A stretch of 60,453 nucleotides of DNA from a bacterium (lineage in GTDB: Bacteria; Verrucomicrobiota; Kiritimatiellia; RFP12; UBA1067): positions 1 to 60,453 of the forward strand of contig JANYBJ010000148.1 of the NCBI GenBank assembly GCA_025360845.1, read 5' to 3'. The position numbers and the translations under genes were made by a program. A model generated the notes under the pieces. That model was not told the origin of the DNA. It saw nothing but the letters and a program-made list of their open reading frames with translations, and ran no database searches. Positions 27,097 to 36,481 of the stretch are shown here, piece after piece; the stretch's first letter is position 1, and each line of letters begins with the position of its first letter.

Positions 27097-27131
27097 AGGC
27101 TGTTAGCGGTTTAGGCTGATAGGCTGTTAGG
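27097..27131 (+). repeat. Single arm of TAGGCTGT-type 8-mer tandem array
   Basis: aggctgttagcggtttaggctgataggctgttagg, same unit as 25456-25490. Confidence 0.75.
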
Positions 27132-27167
27132 TTGAGAGTTTCGCGCAGAGGCCGCAGAGACGCGGAG

Positions 27168-27252
27168 GAGAAGCGCCTCACGGCGCCACTACGAACGGAC
27201 CGGGAGAGGGCGTTTGGCGCAACCGTTTGTAGTGTGCCCGTAAGGGCCTTCT
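27168..27252. repeat. REP pair upstream of RAYT (GTAGTG family)
   Basis: gagaagcgcctcacggcgccactac ... gtagtgtgcccgtaagggcc. Confidence 0.85.
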
Positions 27253-27268
27253 TCTGGAGGCAAGTGTC

Positions 27269-27859
27269 ATGTACGCGTATCGTCATGCGACTCCTGAACT
27301 TCGCAAGGAACTGCTCGAAGAACGTCAGCTCAAGTCGTGGCCCTGGCACGCGCCCCCGCACTTCGCCGACGGTGAGCATGTGTATCTGCTGACCGCCGCC
27401 TGTTTCGAGCATCAGCCCATCTTGGCGTCGGAGACGCGGCGCGACGAATGGCTCTCCGCGCTTCGCGCCTGCGTCGCCGACTGCGGCGGCGACCTGTGCG
27501 GCTGGGTTGTCCTGTCGAACCACTATCACCTCGTGGCGCAAGTCGATCTTGATGCGTTCGCTCCGAAGATCGGCCGGTTACACAACGGAAAGGCGACGCA
27601 GTGGAATCGGGAAGACAAAGCCCCGGGCAGAAAGGTCTGGCACCGGTTTTCTGACCGGCGGATTCGCAATGACAGACACTACTTCGCTTCGCTAAACTAC
27701 GTGCATGACAATGCGGCACACCACGGGTTGGTTGAGCGGTCGGATGCTTGGCGGTGGAGCAGCTTAGCGCACTTCAGGCAAGAGGTGGGTGCCGAGACGC
27801 TGGAGGCGTGGGCGCGCGGGTATCCGATCGAACGTTTCGGCCAAGGGTGGGACGTTTGA
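27269..27859 (+). mobile_element. REP-associated tyrosine transposase (RAYT, IS200/Y1 HUH family)
   Basis: YLLTAAC, WVVLSNHYHL (HUH), KVWHRFSDRRIR, NYVHDN, WRWSS; REPs on both sides. Confidence 0.9.
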
Positions 27860-27876
27860 CAGGCGTGCGTGAGGCA

Positions 27877-27929
27877 AGAAGCGCCTTACGGCGCCACTAC
27901 GAACGGCTCGTGAGGACACTCGCCCTCCA
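27877..27929 (-). repeat. Two adjacent REPs of different families downstream of RAYT
   Basis: agaagcgccttacggcgccactac followed by cggctcgtgaggacactcgccctcca. Confidence 0.8.
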
Positions 27930-28029
27930 GAGCCGTTTAGCAGGACTATCGCATGCGGCAACGCCTTTCCGAAGAAACTCCGTTTCAAACGAGTCTTGCC
28001 AGGGTGTGACATGCCCAACGAGGAGGCCA

Positions 28030-28929
28030 ATGATGAAGCGAGCATTTCTGATGGCGGTTCAGGCGGCGGTGTGCGGTGTCGCGTGCGCCCAAGAGGACAC
28101 GAACCTGTATTGCCGAGTCTATTTCGCCAATCCGTCTGATTGTGTGGAATTCGTTGACCCGCCTGCGAAGGAGGGTTGGTATAAGGGATATCTCACCAAC
28201 GTTTGCGGTGTCGAATGGCCGGAAGGTGCACGGGTCTTTGACCCGATTGGAAGAAGTTCGCGTCTCGTCGTTCTGAATACAGCCAACAACATCGAGAAGT
28301 GTGACGCGTACTTTGACCACGAGATGGCTCGACGAAGGGTGGCTTGGGAGTATCAGGTTTTCGCTTTCCGCCTCTCAGATGTGGAAAGCCTGCTGAACGG
28401 CGAGGGCGTGTCGGTCGATACGCTGATGACCTTGCGTAAGAAGAAGCGGGCAAAGCTCGTGTCAACGGCGAGGTGTATGGGAGATTCGGGCCAGGAGACT
28501 ACAACTCAGGAAATCGTGGCGATCCACTATCCATCGGGAGCAGGGGGGCTAGCTGTGACCAATGACGTTGATTCAGGACAATCCTCTAGCCCGTTTGAGA
28601 ATCAAGTCGCCGAGATTGGAACCCGTCTTCAGATCGTCCCCGAATTTAGCGCGGACGTCCGTGATGTTAAAACAATTCACCTCATGCTGAAATATACGCA
28701 GACAAGCTTGGAGAGGTGGGAGTCGTACGAAGCGGTGACAGGACAGGGGGAGACGAGTCGCAAAGTTAAGGTCAGGCTACCTGTTGTCCGCACTTCTTCA
28801 ATCGAAAACACGTTCAAAATTCCTCTTGATGAAACAATCTTGGCAGGAGGCTGTAAGGCGCAAGACGACGATTGGGTCAACTATCACTTTCTCAAAGCGT
28901 GGGTTGATTGGACGGAGCCCATGAAGTGA
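28030..28929 (+). CDS. Secreted hypothetical protein, weak resemblance to a truncated secretin-like domain
   Basis: AGGAGG SD, signal peptide; SSRLVVLNT..NIE, EIGTRLQIVPE, ETILAGG recall secretin N3 and beta-domain segments. Confidence 0.6.
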   Translation: MMKRAFLMAVQAAVCGVACAQEDTNLYCRVYFANPSDCVEFVDPPAKEGWYKGYLTNVCGVEWPEGARVFDPIGRSSRLVVLNTANNIEKCDAYFDHEMARRRVAWEYQVFAFRLSDVESLLNGEGVSVDTLMTLRKKKRAKLVSTARCMGDSGQETTTQEIVAIHYPSGAGGLAVTNDVDSGQSSSPFENQVAEIGTRLQIVPEFSADVRDVKTIHLMLKYTQTSLERWESYEAVTGQGETSRKVKVRLPVVRTSSIENTFKIPLDETILAGGCKAQDDDWVNYHFLKAWVDWTEPMK

Positions 28930-30095
28930 AGGCTGCCATTCCAGACATCCCGCTCCCCCTGCTCTCCCCTTCGAAGCGCATTCACGCGGAAGTGTCTGTT
29001 GAGACCGTGTGGATCGGGTCGACCGTCTACCCTGAGTGTCCGGTGTGGCGCGTGTGGTGCGATGAGCGGCTGGTCGTCGACACCTCGACGTTCGGGCTGC
29101 TGCCGCAAGACGGCGAGCCGCTGGCGTACGGCCTGACGTTTGTGAAGGCGACGCGCCATCGGCCGCAGACCGGGATCGGGCCGGGGCGTATGGTCAAGGC
29201 GCGGTTTGCCGGACGCGATGGCCGCGAACTTGAAGTGACGATCCGCGTGACAGACCTGAGCGCGTTCTGCGCGGTGCGGCAGTTCGGGAAAAGGCCATCG
29301 ACGCAGCGGCTCGCGGGGACGCTCGCCCTCCACTGCCAGGACGAAACGTGGAGGGCGAACGTCCCCGTGAGCCGAGGCGGGAGCGACGCGCAGGATCTGT
29401 CCATCACACGTTTTCCGCAAGGTTCGGTGCTGCTGGAACGAGGAGAAACGCTCAACGCTCAACGCTCAACGCTTAACGCTCAAGGGAAAGTCCCCCAAGT
29501 GCGCTTCGCGCCGAGCGGCAAGCTGGTCGCTTTCTGGAGGCACGGCCTGGAGCAGCACCTCGTTTTCTTCGACCGGCCCGGCGACCTCGCGGTGCGGCGC
29601 TTCGGCGCTTTGGAGCGTGTGGACGAACTTGTCGTTACAGACGGACGGCAGGGCTGCAACCATCTCTTTCTCACGGTGCCGTTCACCAAGGCGGCTTTGC
29701 CTGCGCCGGCCTTCGGCGGTGCGGTGACGCCCGCGTTCCGCGCGGCGTTCGAGACGATGCTGGGGCGCGGCGCGGCGAGCGACGATTTCTGGATGATGCG
29801 CGGCGAGCCGGGCGAGTTCGCGGTTGCGGCGCGGCGGCAGGGCAACGTGTGGCAGGTGGCGGGCGTGACCGCGGCGGCGCAGACGCTGACCGTGCGCTTC
29901 GAGGACCTGTGGCTGCGCATGCCTGCGGAACAGCGTGCGTTGACTTACACGGTGGATATCCTGCGCGACCCGCTCAAGGGCGAGGCGGGCGACCGCGTCG
30001 AGGAGCCGTTCGCGGATCAGGCCCCGGACGTGCGCGTGGCGTTGGACCTCGCGAAGAACGGCGGATTCCTGATCACGTTCAATCCGCAGATTTAA
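28926..30095 (+). CDS. GH97-like protein retaining N- and C-terminal domains, catalytic barrel not recognisable, repeats embedded in frame
   Basis: LSPSKRIHAEV start and GEPGEFAVAARRQGNVWQVAGVT...NGGF end resemble GH97 termini; GTGA overlap with the upstream gene. Confidence 0.55.
   Translation: MKAAIPDIPLPLLSPSKRIHAEVSVETVWIGSTVYPECPVWRVWCDERLVVDTSTFGLLPQDGEPLAYGLTFVKATRHRPQTGIGPGRMVKARFAGRDGRELEVTIRVTDLSAFCAVRQFGKRPSTQRLAGTLALHCQDETWRANVPVSRGGSDAQDLSITRFPQGSVLLERGETLNAQRSTLNAQGKVPQVRFAPSGKLVAFWRHGLEQHLVFFDRPGDLAVRRFGALERVDELVVTDGRQGCNHLFLTVPFTKAALPAPAFGGAVTPAFRAAFETMLGRGAASDDFWMMRGEPGEFAVAARRQGNVWQVAGVTAAAQTLTVRFEDLWLRMPAEQRALTYTVDILRDPLKGEAGDRVEEPFADQAPDVRVALDLAKNGGFLITFNPQI
29306..29374. 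repeat. REPIN (TGGAGGGCGA family) inside a coding frame
   Basis: gcggctcgcggggacgctcgccctcca ... tggagggcgaacgtccccgtgagccg. Confidence 0.8.
29447..29483 (+). repeat. Heptamer tandem repeat (AACGCTC)x5 inside a coding frame
   Basis: aacgctc aacgctc aacgctc aacgctt aacgctc aa. Confidence 0.9.
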
Positions 30096-30125
30096 AAAGC
30101 GTCACTCAAAAAAAGCTGTTTTTCA

Positions 30126-30161
30126 TTGAAACCATACTCCTGAAAGGGATATATTGGGGAC
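30126..30161 (+). promoter_or_regulatory. Leaderless-type promoter for the AAA gene
   Basis: TTGAAA-18 nt-TATATT-6 nt-ATG. Confidence 0.55.
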
Positions 30162-31469
30162 ATGAAACAGGTCCTTGAGCGTTTGGTCAACGAGGCGTTA
30201 TCGCGCCGGATTCCTGAGGTGGTGCCGCGTGATGTGCGGGTTCGGCGCCTGTCAGGAAAGGTTTCGGTCCTGACCGGGATGCGGCGCACGGGGAAGACAT
30301 CGTTGTGTTTCCAGAAGATGCGCGAGCTCCTCGCCTCGGGGATTCCGAGAGAGCGGCTGCTGTACATCAACTTCGAGGACGACCGTCTGGCGGAGGTACG
30401 CGTGGGCGATCTGCAGTGGATTGTCGAGGCCTTTTACGTGGCCAATCCGGCGTTCAAGGATGAGACCTGCTGGTTCTTTTTTGACGAGATCCAGCGCGTG
30501 GCGCAGTGGGAGTTGTTTGTCCGGCGCATCCTCGACACCGAACGCGTAGAAATCACGCTTACCGGATCATCCGCCAAACTGCTGAGCCGCGAGATCGGTA
30601 CGGCCATGCGTGGCCGGTCTTTGACGACCGAAGTCTTTCCTCTCTCGTTCAGGGAATACTGCAGGTTTAACAGCGTCGCGGTTCCGGACCATCCGGTTTA
30701 CGGTGACCGGCATCGGTATTCGCTGGCCCGTGCTGCAGAAGGCTATCTGCGAACCGGGGGCTTTCCAGAGGTGCAGGGTCGCGAGGAGGATATTTGGCGC
30801 ACGGTCTTGCAGGAATACACAGATGTGGTGATCCTGCGGGACGTCATCGAGCGGTACGGGCTGACGAACTATGCGGCGGCAAAAGCGTTGGGTCGGCACA
30901 TTCTGCAGAACCCTGGGCAGTTGCTCAGTGTCACCCGGATGGCCGCTTCCTTCGCGCAAGCGGGGATCACGTGCGGCAAGAATACGCTGTTCGAGTTGCT
31001 CGACCATTTGCACGATGCGTACTTTTGTTTTCCGGTGGAGGTGCATGACCGGTCGCTGCGGAGGCGGCAGGTTAACCCCAAAAAGGTCTATGCCGCGGAC
31101 ACAGGTCTATGCCGGGCTTTCTCCACCGGCCAGACGGGCGATGCGGGTGCGGCTTTGGAGGGCCTCGTTTTTTCGGCGTTGCGGGCCAGAGGACTGCAGC
31201 CGGATTACGTGGTGACGGCGCGGAAAACGGAAGTGGATTTCGTTTATACGGACCGCTATGGGTGGCACTTCGTGCAGGCGTGCTGGTCGGTGAGTGAAGA
31301 GGCGACAGCAGCACGCGAATTTCGCGGGTTGGCGGATGCGCTTCCTCTCCATCCGCGAGCCACGCGCACGATTGTCACGTGGAATGACGAGGGGGAGAGG
31401 GACGGCGTTCGCCTGGTGCCCCTGTGGCGTTGGCTTTTGGAGCAGGAAAAGAAGAACGAGAACAAATGA
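30162..31469 (+). CDS. AAA_14 ATPase with DUF4143 domain
   Basis: GMRRTGKT, FFDEIQ, LTGSSA, GGFPE, KKVYAADTGL, EVDF. Confidence 0.92.
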   Translation: MKQVLERLVNEALSRRIPEVVPRDVRVRRLSGKVSVLTGMRRTGKTSLCFQKMRELLASGIPRERLLYINFEDDRLAEVRVGDLQWIVEAFYVANPAFKDETCWFFFDEIQRVAQWELFVRRILDTERVEITLTGSSAKLLSREIGTAMRGRSLTTEVFPLSFREYCRFNSVAVPDHPVYGDRHRYSLARAAEGYLRTGGFPEVQGREEDIWRTVLQEYTDVVILRDVIERYGLTNYAAAKALGRHILQNPGQLLSVTRMAASFAQAGITCGKNTLFELLDHLHDAYFCFPVEVHDRSLRRRQVNPKKVYAADTGLCRAFSTGQTGDAGAALEGLVFSALRARGLQPDYVVTARKTEVDFVYTDRYGWHFVQACWSVSEEATAAREFRGLADALPLHPRATRTIVTWNDEGERDGVRLVPLWRWLLEQEKKNENK

Positions 31470-32431
31470 TAAAAGAGACCATAGAGATTCTGGAAGACGA
31501 GGCGCTGGTTGATGAGGACGGGGAGAGCGTGCTGTCGCTGACCGTGCCCGCAGGCGCGGAGGGGCGGCTGGACGCATGGTTGGCGTCGCAGGTGGCGGAG
31601 CTTTCGCGGGCGCGGATCCAGGCGCTGATCAAAGAGGGCCGCGTGACGTGCGACGGCGTGGCGATCAAGTCCAACGGCAAGCCCAAGCCGGGGCAGGTGA
31701 TCGAGATCGTCGTGCCGGCGCTGGTTTCGGCCGAGCCTGTGCCGGAAAATATTCCGCTCGACATCCTGTACGAGGATAGCGATTGTCTGGTGATCAACAA
31801 GCCCGCCGGGCTGGTGGTACACCCGGCGCCGGGTCACGCCGCGGGCACGCTGGTGAACGCATTGCTTTATCACTGCAAAGATCTCGGCGGCGTGGGCGGC
31901 GTCGAGCGTCCGGGCATCGTACACCGCTTGGACAAAGACACCTCGGGGCTGATGGTCGTGGCGAAGAACGACGCGGCCATGGCGGGCTTTGTGCGGCTGT
32001 TCCAGACGGGCGGCATCACCAAGGAGTATCTGACGCTGGTACACGGCGTGCCGCCGAAGGCGTCCGGCACGGTGTGTACGCTGATCGGGCGGCATCCGGC
32101 GCAGCGCAAGAAGATGGCGGTGGTGGCGCGCAACGGCAAGCAGGCGGTGACGCACTACACGGTCGAGAAGCGGCTCGGGGACATCACGCTCGTGCGCTGC
32201 CGCATCGAGACGGGGCGCACGCATCAGATCCGCGTACACATGCAATCGCTGGGCTGCCCGGTTGTGGGCGACACGGTGTACGGGAGAACCGCGGCGGACA
32301 ACCGGCTGCCGCATTTTCCCGCGCGTCAGATGCTGCACGCCGCGCATCTGGTCTTCGCGCATCCGGTGACCGGCGCGGCGATGGATTTCACCGCGCCGCC
32401 GCCCGCGGATTTTTTGTTGCAAATCCGGTAG
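31466..32431 (+). CDS. rluD: RluA-family 23S rRNA pseudouridine synthase
   Basis: S4 domain (RLDAWLA...SRARIQ), NKPAGLVVHP, VHRLDKDTSGL, TGRTHQIRVH, QMLHA. Confidence 0.93.
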   Translation: MIKETIEILEDEALVDEDGESVLSLTVPAGAEGRLDAWLASQVAELSRARIQALIKEGRVTCDGVAIKSNGKPKPGQVIEIVVPALVSAEPVPENIPLDILYEDSDCLVINKPAGLVVHPAPGHAAGTLVNALLYHCKDLGGVGGVERPGIVHRLDKDTSGLMVVAKNDAAMAGFVRLFQTGGITKEYLTLVHGVPPKASGTVCTLIGRHPAQRKKMAVVARNGKQAVTHYTVEKRLGDITLVRCRIETGRTHQIRVHMQSLGCPVVGDTVYGRTAADNRLPHFPARQMLHAAHLVFAHPVTGAAMDFTAPPPADFLLQIR

Positions 32432-32494
32432 GGCGTGCGCTCCTGCGCCGCCGCTTATCGCACAAGAGCGGCAGCACAGAGTGCTCGCCCTGCC
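32427..32494. repeat. REPIN, GTAGGGCG family, between convergent genes
   Basis: ggtagggcgtgcgctcctgcgccgccgc ... gcggcagcacagagtgctcgccctgcc. The rluD TAG stop is part of its GTAG. Confidence 0.7.
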
Positions 32495-32511
32495 CATCGT
32501 TCCAAAACCCT

Positions 32512-33732
32512 TTAGTCCAGCGTATGCACCAGCAGGCCGGAGCGCAGCTTGGGCTCGAACCAGGTGCTCTTGGGCGGCATGATCTGGCCCGCGTCCGCGA
32601 TGTCCATCATCTGTTCGACCGTCGTCGGGAACATCGAGAAGGCCACGGCGTCGCGGCCGCTTTCCACGCGTTTGGTCAGCTCGCCCGTGCCGCGGATGCC
32701 GCCGACGAACGAGATGCGCGTGTTGGTGCGCGGGTCGTCGATGCCCAGCACCGGCGCCAGCAGCCAGTCCTGCAGCACGCTCACGTCGAGGCGGCCCACG
32801 GGGTCGGAGGCGAACTCGTCCCAGGCCAGCCTATACCAAGCCTTGCCGAGGTACATGCGCACTTCGCGCGGCCCGGCCGGCGTCGCGCCATCGGCGGGCT
32901 CGGTCTTGAAGACGGACCGCACCTTTTCCAGGAACGCGTCGGGCGTCAGGCCGTTGAGGTCGGCCACGCAGCGGTTGTAGGGCAGGATGCGCAACTGGCT
33001 GGCGGGGAAGAGCACGGCGAGGAACCAGTTGTACTCCTCGTTGCCGGTGTGTGCGGGGTTGGCGGCACGGCGCTGCTGGCCTGTGCGGAAGGCGGCGGCG
33101 GCGCGGTGGTGGCCGTCGGCCACATAGGCCAGCGGAACCTGACTAAAGGCTTTAATCCAGCCTTCGGCGGGGCCTTCCACGCGCCAGACGGTATGGCGAA
33201 TGCCGTCGACGGCGGTGAATTCGTAGAGAGGCTCGCTCTTCTGGACCGCGGCGACCAGCGTGTTCAGCGCGGCCGTGTCGCGGTAGGTCAGAAAGACCGG
33301 GCCGGAGTTGGCGTTCAGCTCCATGCAGTGACGCGTGCGGTCATCCTCTTTGTCTTTGCGGGTCTTCTCGTGTTTGCGGATGATGTCCCTCGCGTAGTCC
33401 TCGATATTGCAGCACGTCACCACGCCGGTCTGGCTGTGGCTGCCCATGATCTGGCGGTAGACGTAGAGACGTTCGTCCGCCTCGCGCCGCAGTATGCCGC
33501 GCGCCTGCAAATCCTTGAAGGCGCGGACGCCCTGCGCGTAGACCGAATCGTCGTGGATGTCCACGCTGTCCGGCAGGTCGATTTCGGGACGCGAGACATG
33601 CAGGAAGCTGTCGGGGTTGCCCGCGGCCAACACGCGGGCCTCGGCGGTGTCGACCACGTCGTACGGGACCGCGGCCAGCGTCGCCGCCTTTTCGGGAACA
33701 GGCCGCAGAGCGGCGAAAGGTTTAACGAACAT
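32512..33732 (-). CDS. DUF1015 family protein
   Basis: PYDVV, FLHVSRPEID, IRKHEKT, YVADGHHRAAAA, MPPKSTWFEPKLRSGL. Confidence 0.93.
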   Translation of the reverse strand: MFVKPFAALRPVPEKAATLAAVPYDVVDTAEARVLAAGNPDSFLHVSRPEIDLPDSVDIHDDSVYAQGVRAFKDLQARGILRREADERLYVYRQIMGSHSQTGVVTCCNIEDYARDIIRKHEKTRKDKEDDRTRHCMELNANSGPVFLTYRDTAALNTLVAAVQKSEPLYEFTAVDGIRHTVWRVEGPAEGWIKAFSQVPLAYVADGHHRAAAAFRTGQQRRAANPAHTGNEEYNWFLAVLFPASQLRILPYNRCVADLNGLTPDAFLEKVRSVFKTEPADGATPAGPREVRMYLGKAWYRLAWDEFASDPVGRLDVSVLQDWLLAPVLGIDDPRTNTRISFVGGIRGTGELTKRVESGRDAVAFSMFPTTVEQMMDIADAGQIMPPKSTWFEPKLRSGLLVHTLD

Positions 33733-33754
33733 AAGGCTTTCTCCTGATAAGACA

Positions 33755-33793
33755 AAACGCAAAGGCAGCCCGTTAAAGCCACGCTTTGCGTTT
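33755..33793 (-). terminator. Hairpin / likely intrinsic terminator
   Basis: aaacgcaaag...ctttgcgttt stem followed by a T-run on the minus strand. Confidence 0.55.
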
Positions 33794-33817
33794 CAGATCA
33801 AGTGGGTGCGAAGCGAC

Positions 33818-34333
33818 TTACATGCTGAAGTTGATCAACGGCATGAACGGAACGCGACTGTCACGGATGATGTTGATCAGCCCGACCTGATAGCCGCTCA
33901 TCCCTTCCACGCGGTTGATGATGCCGACTTGGAGGCCTTTGGAGTAATCGGCGAGGTTCACCAGTCCAACCTGCAAGCCGGAGATGGTCTTCGCCTCGTT
34001 CCAGAGCCCCGTTTGAAGGCCGAACATCTCGCCATCCCCGGTCGAGTTGTAACCCAGCGAAATCTGCCAGCCCTGCAGCGTGTCTTTCACATCGTTGCGC
34101 AGCAGGTTGATCTGGATGCCGTTGTAATACTGGGAGCGGCCGATGAAACCGAGGTCCATGCCTGTGACCTGCTCGCACTGGCCGGAAAAGAGGTTGAGCC
34201 GCAAGCCGACCACATCGATGTCTGACGAGTCGTTGAAAGAAAACCATACCGGCCAACGGACTTTTTCAGCAGCGCTGGCGCCGAAAACGACCAAACCGGC
34301 CAAAACCAAACCGAACATCATTTTTTTCATCAT
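33818..34333 (-). CDS. Secreted LA_2272-type repeat (GxQxGxxN beta-solenoid) protein
   Basis: Signal peptide; GLQTGLWN, GLQVGLVN, GLQVGIIN, GYQVGLIN repeats. Confidence 0.85.
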   Translation of the reverse strand: MMKKMMFGLVLAGLVVFGASAAEKVRWPVWFSFNDSSDIDVVGLRLNLFSGQCEQVTGMDLGFIGRSQYYNGIQINLLRNDVKDTLQGWQISLGYNSTGDGEMFGLQTGLWNEAKTISGLQVGLVNLADYSKGLQVGIINRVEGMSGYQVGLINIIRDSRVPFMPLINFSM

Positions 34334-34462
34334 ACCCCTCGTCTCGATTTTGAAATGGTTTCTGTGCCCTGCCGAACGCAGGTTCCAGACCGTGATTAGC
34401 TTGTACTATACCGAATTCCACGCCGCAGCGCAAACACGAGAATGCGCTTTTTTTAAAAAAGT

Positions 34463-35116
34463 TTACTTGGGCGGCGGAGCAGACTTCGTGTCCATCCTGA
34501 CTGAGATGACCGCGTTTGAGAAAACGATCGCGTCCGGCAAAAAGTACACCCGCCATTCGGAGTGGTCAAGCTTGCGGAACTCCAAATCCAAACCGAGCGG
34601 GTCACTGCGCTTGATGGCGTCCAGACCCAGAAGATGGTGGGGTGGCGCGATGGTCAGGGCTGCCACCTCGCGCCGGCGGTCGACGGCGAACCACTCGTAA
34701 CGGTCGGCCAGCTTCTTGGGCAAACGGATGTAATAGCGCGTCGGCATCGCGAGCGGGCGCAAGAGCTGGGCGTCGTTGAAGGTCTGCCCTTGGAACTGAT
34801 ACGAGACGTAGGGAAAATCCGTCCGGGTCAGCGGCGGCTTGTACCAGATGACGGCGGCGACGCTGAGCACCGCCAGCGCCAGCGAAACCTTGATCAGGTC
34901 AGGCAGGCAGCGCCGGAGGCGGCTCGCGGGGGGGGGTGTCGCGGCGGGAACCGGCTCCTTGACCTGTTCGGGCAGCTCTTGTCCTGGGCCCGGCGTTGCA
35001 GGGTCGGGCTCGGAGGCCGACGCCCGCGCGTCCGGAACGGCCTCGCTTTCAGAAAGGTTCTGTGCCGCGCCGGGAACCGCGGGACTCTTCTCCTGTTTTT
35101 TCTTATTTTTCCCCAT
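34463..35116 (-). CDS. Hypothetical single-pass membrane protein
   Basis: Pro/Glu-rich N-terminus, TM VSLALAVLSVAAVIWY, globular C-terminus. Confidence 0.75.
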   Translation of the reverse strand: MGKNKKKQEKSPAVPGAAQNLSESEAVPDARASASEPDPATPGPGQELPEQVKEPVPAATPPPASRLRRCLPDLIKVSLALAVLSVAAVIWYKPPLTRTDFPYVSYQFQGQTFNDAQLLRPLAMPTRYYIRLPKKLADRYEWFAVDRRREVAALTIAPPHHLLGLDAIKRSDPLGLDLEFRKLDHSEWRVYFLPDAIVFSNAVISVRMDTKSAPPPK

Positions 35117-35266
35117 GGATGTGACTATTTATAAACCGACGAGGCGATTGTGGAAAGCGAATTTTTAATTTTTTGCTCTTCCGGGAGCTGAAAAAAACAA
35201 AACTGCCCGATCGGGCGAACCGCCGTGATCGGGCAGGCACTGAGAAAGCCGAGGGAACCCCCTCGC

Positions 35267-36412
35267 TTACACGTTGGGCGAGATCCACTGTCCGCTGGCC
35301 GCCGAGGCGAGCACCGCGTCACAGACATACTGCGTGGCCAAGGCATCGCGGAAGGTGGGACCGACGGGCTTGCCCGTGGCCAAACCTTCCAGGAAATCGG
35401 CGATCTGGTGGACGAACGAGTGCTCGTATCCGATCGCCAGGCCCGGAACCCACCAGTGCTTCATGTAGGGCTGATCGCCATCACTGACATGGATGGAGCG
35501 CCAGCCACGCAGGATGCCCTCATCGCGGTGGTCGAAGTACTGCAGGCGGTGCAGGTCGTGCAGGTCCCAGCGGATCGAAGCCTTCTCGCCGTTGATCTCG
35601 AAGGTGAACAGGGCCTTGTGTCCGCGGGCGTAACGGGTCGATTCGAAGTTGCCCATCGAGCCGTTGCCGAAGCGGCAGAAGAAGGTGCAGGCATCGTCGA
35701 TGCCGACCGGCTCCATCTTGCCGCTCTCGACGCTCTTGCGCTCTTTGACAAAGGTCTCGGTCATGGCGTTGACGCCGGTGATCGGGCCGTTCTGCCAGAG
35801 GGCCAGGTCAATGCAATGGGCCAGAAGGTCGCCCGTGACGCCCGAGCCGGCCGCCTTGGCGTCCAGCCGCCAGGTCCCCATGCCGCCCTGGGGCACCTCG
35901 GTCGAGATGGTCCAGTCCTGCAGGAAGTTCGAGCGGTAGTGGAAAATCTTACCCAGGCGCCCCTGATCGATGAGCTGCTTGGCCATCGTCACCGCCGGAA
36001 TGCGGCGGTAGTTGAACGAGGCCAGATTGGGAACGCCGGCCGCCTCAACCGCCTCGACCATCGTCAGGGCCTGCGGCCCGTTGAGCGCGAGCGGTTTCTC
36101 GCAGATCACCATCTTGCCGGCTTTGGCGGCGGCGATGGCGATCTCGGCGTGGTAGTTGTTGGGCACGCAGACTTCGATGATGTCGATGTCCTTGCGCTCG
36201 ACAACCTTGCGCCAGTCGGTGGTGAAGGATTCGTAGCCCCAGCGGTCCGCGAACGCCTCGGCCTCGGCCTCGACCAGTCCGCAGACCGACTTCAAGACCG
36301 GCTTGTATTCCAGGTCAAAGAAGTTGCCGACCTTGCGGTAGGCGTTGGAGTGTGTCCGGGCCATAAACCCGTAACCGATCATGCCGACATTCAGTTCTTT
36401 TTTCGCTTTCAT
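35267..36412 (-). CDS. Gfo/Idh/MocA family oxidoreductase
   Basis: [33 protein letters not shown]. Confidence 0.95.
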   Translation of the reverse strand: MKAKKELNVGMIGYGFMARTHSNAYRKVGNFFDLEYKPVLKSVCGLVEAEAEAFADRWGYESFTTDWRKVVERKDIDIIEVCVPNNYHAEIAIAAAKAGKMVICEKPLALNGPQALTMVEAVEAAGVPNLASFNYRRIPAVTMAKQLIDQGRLGKIFHYRSNFLQDWTISTEVPQGGMGTWRLDAKAAGSGVTGDLLAHCIDLALWQNGPITGVNAMTETFVKERKSVESGKMEPVGIDDACTFFCRFGNGSMGNFESTRYARGHKALFTFEINGEKASIRWDLHDLHRLQYFDHRDEGILRGWRSIHVSDGDQPYMKHWWVPGLAIGYEHSFVHQIADFLEGLATGKPVGPTFRDALATQYVCDAVLASAASGQWISPNV

Positions 36413-36425
36413 AGAGATTCCTTTT

Positions 36426-36478
36426 TTCGAACGAATCGAGAGAATCGACGTGTCGAGCCCCTCGATTTATTCGAGTTT
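36426..36478. repeat. Inverted 9-mer (TCGA-core) tandem hairpin
   Basis: ttcgaacgaatcgagagaatcgac-gt-gtcgagcccctcgatttattcgag. Confidence 0.65.
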
Positions 36479-36481
36479 GTC

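Noticed and set aside
25456-27929. CRISPR array suggested by clustered repeats
   Set aside because: Repeats are 7-9 nt tandem units or REP palindromes, with no constant repeat plus unique spacer periodicity and no cas genes.
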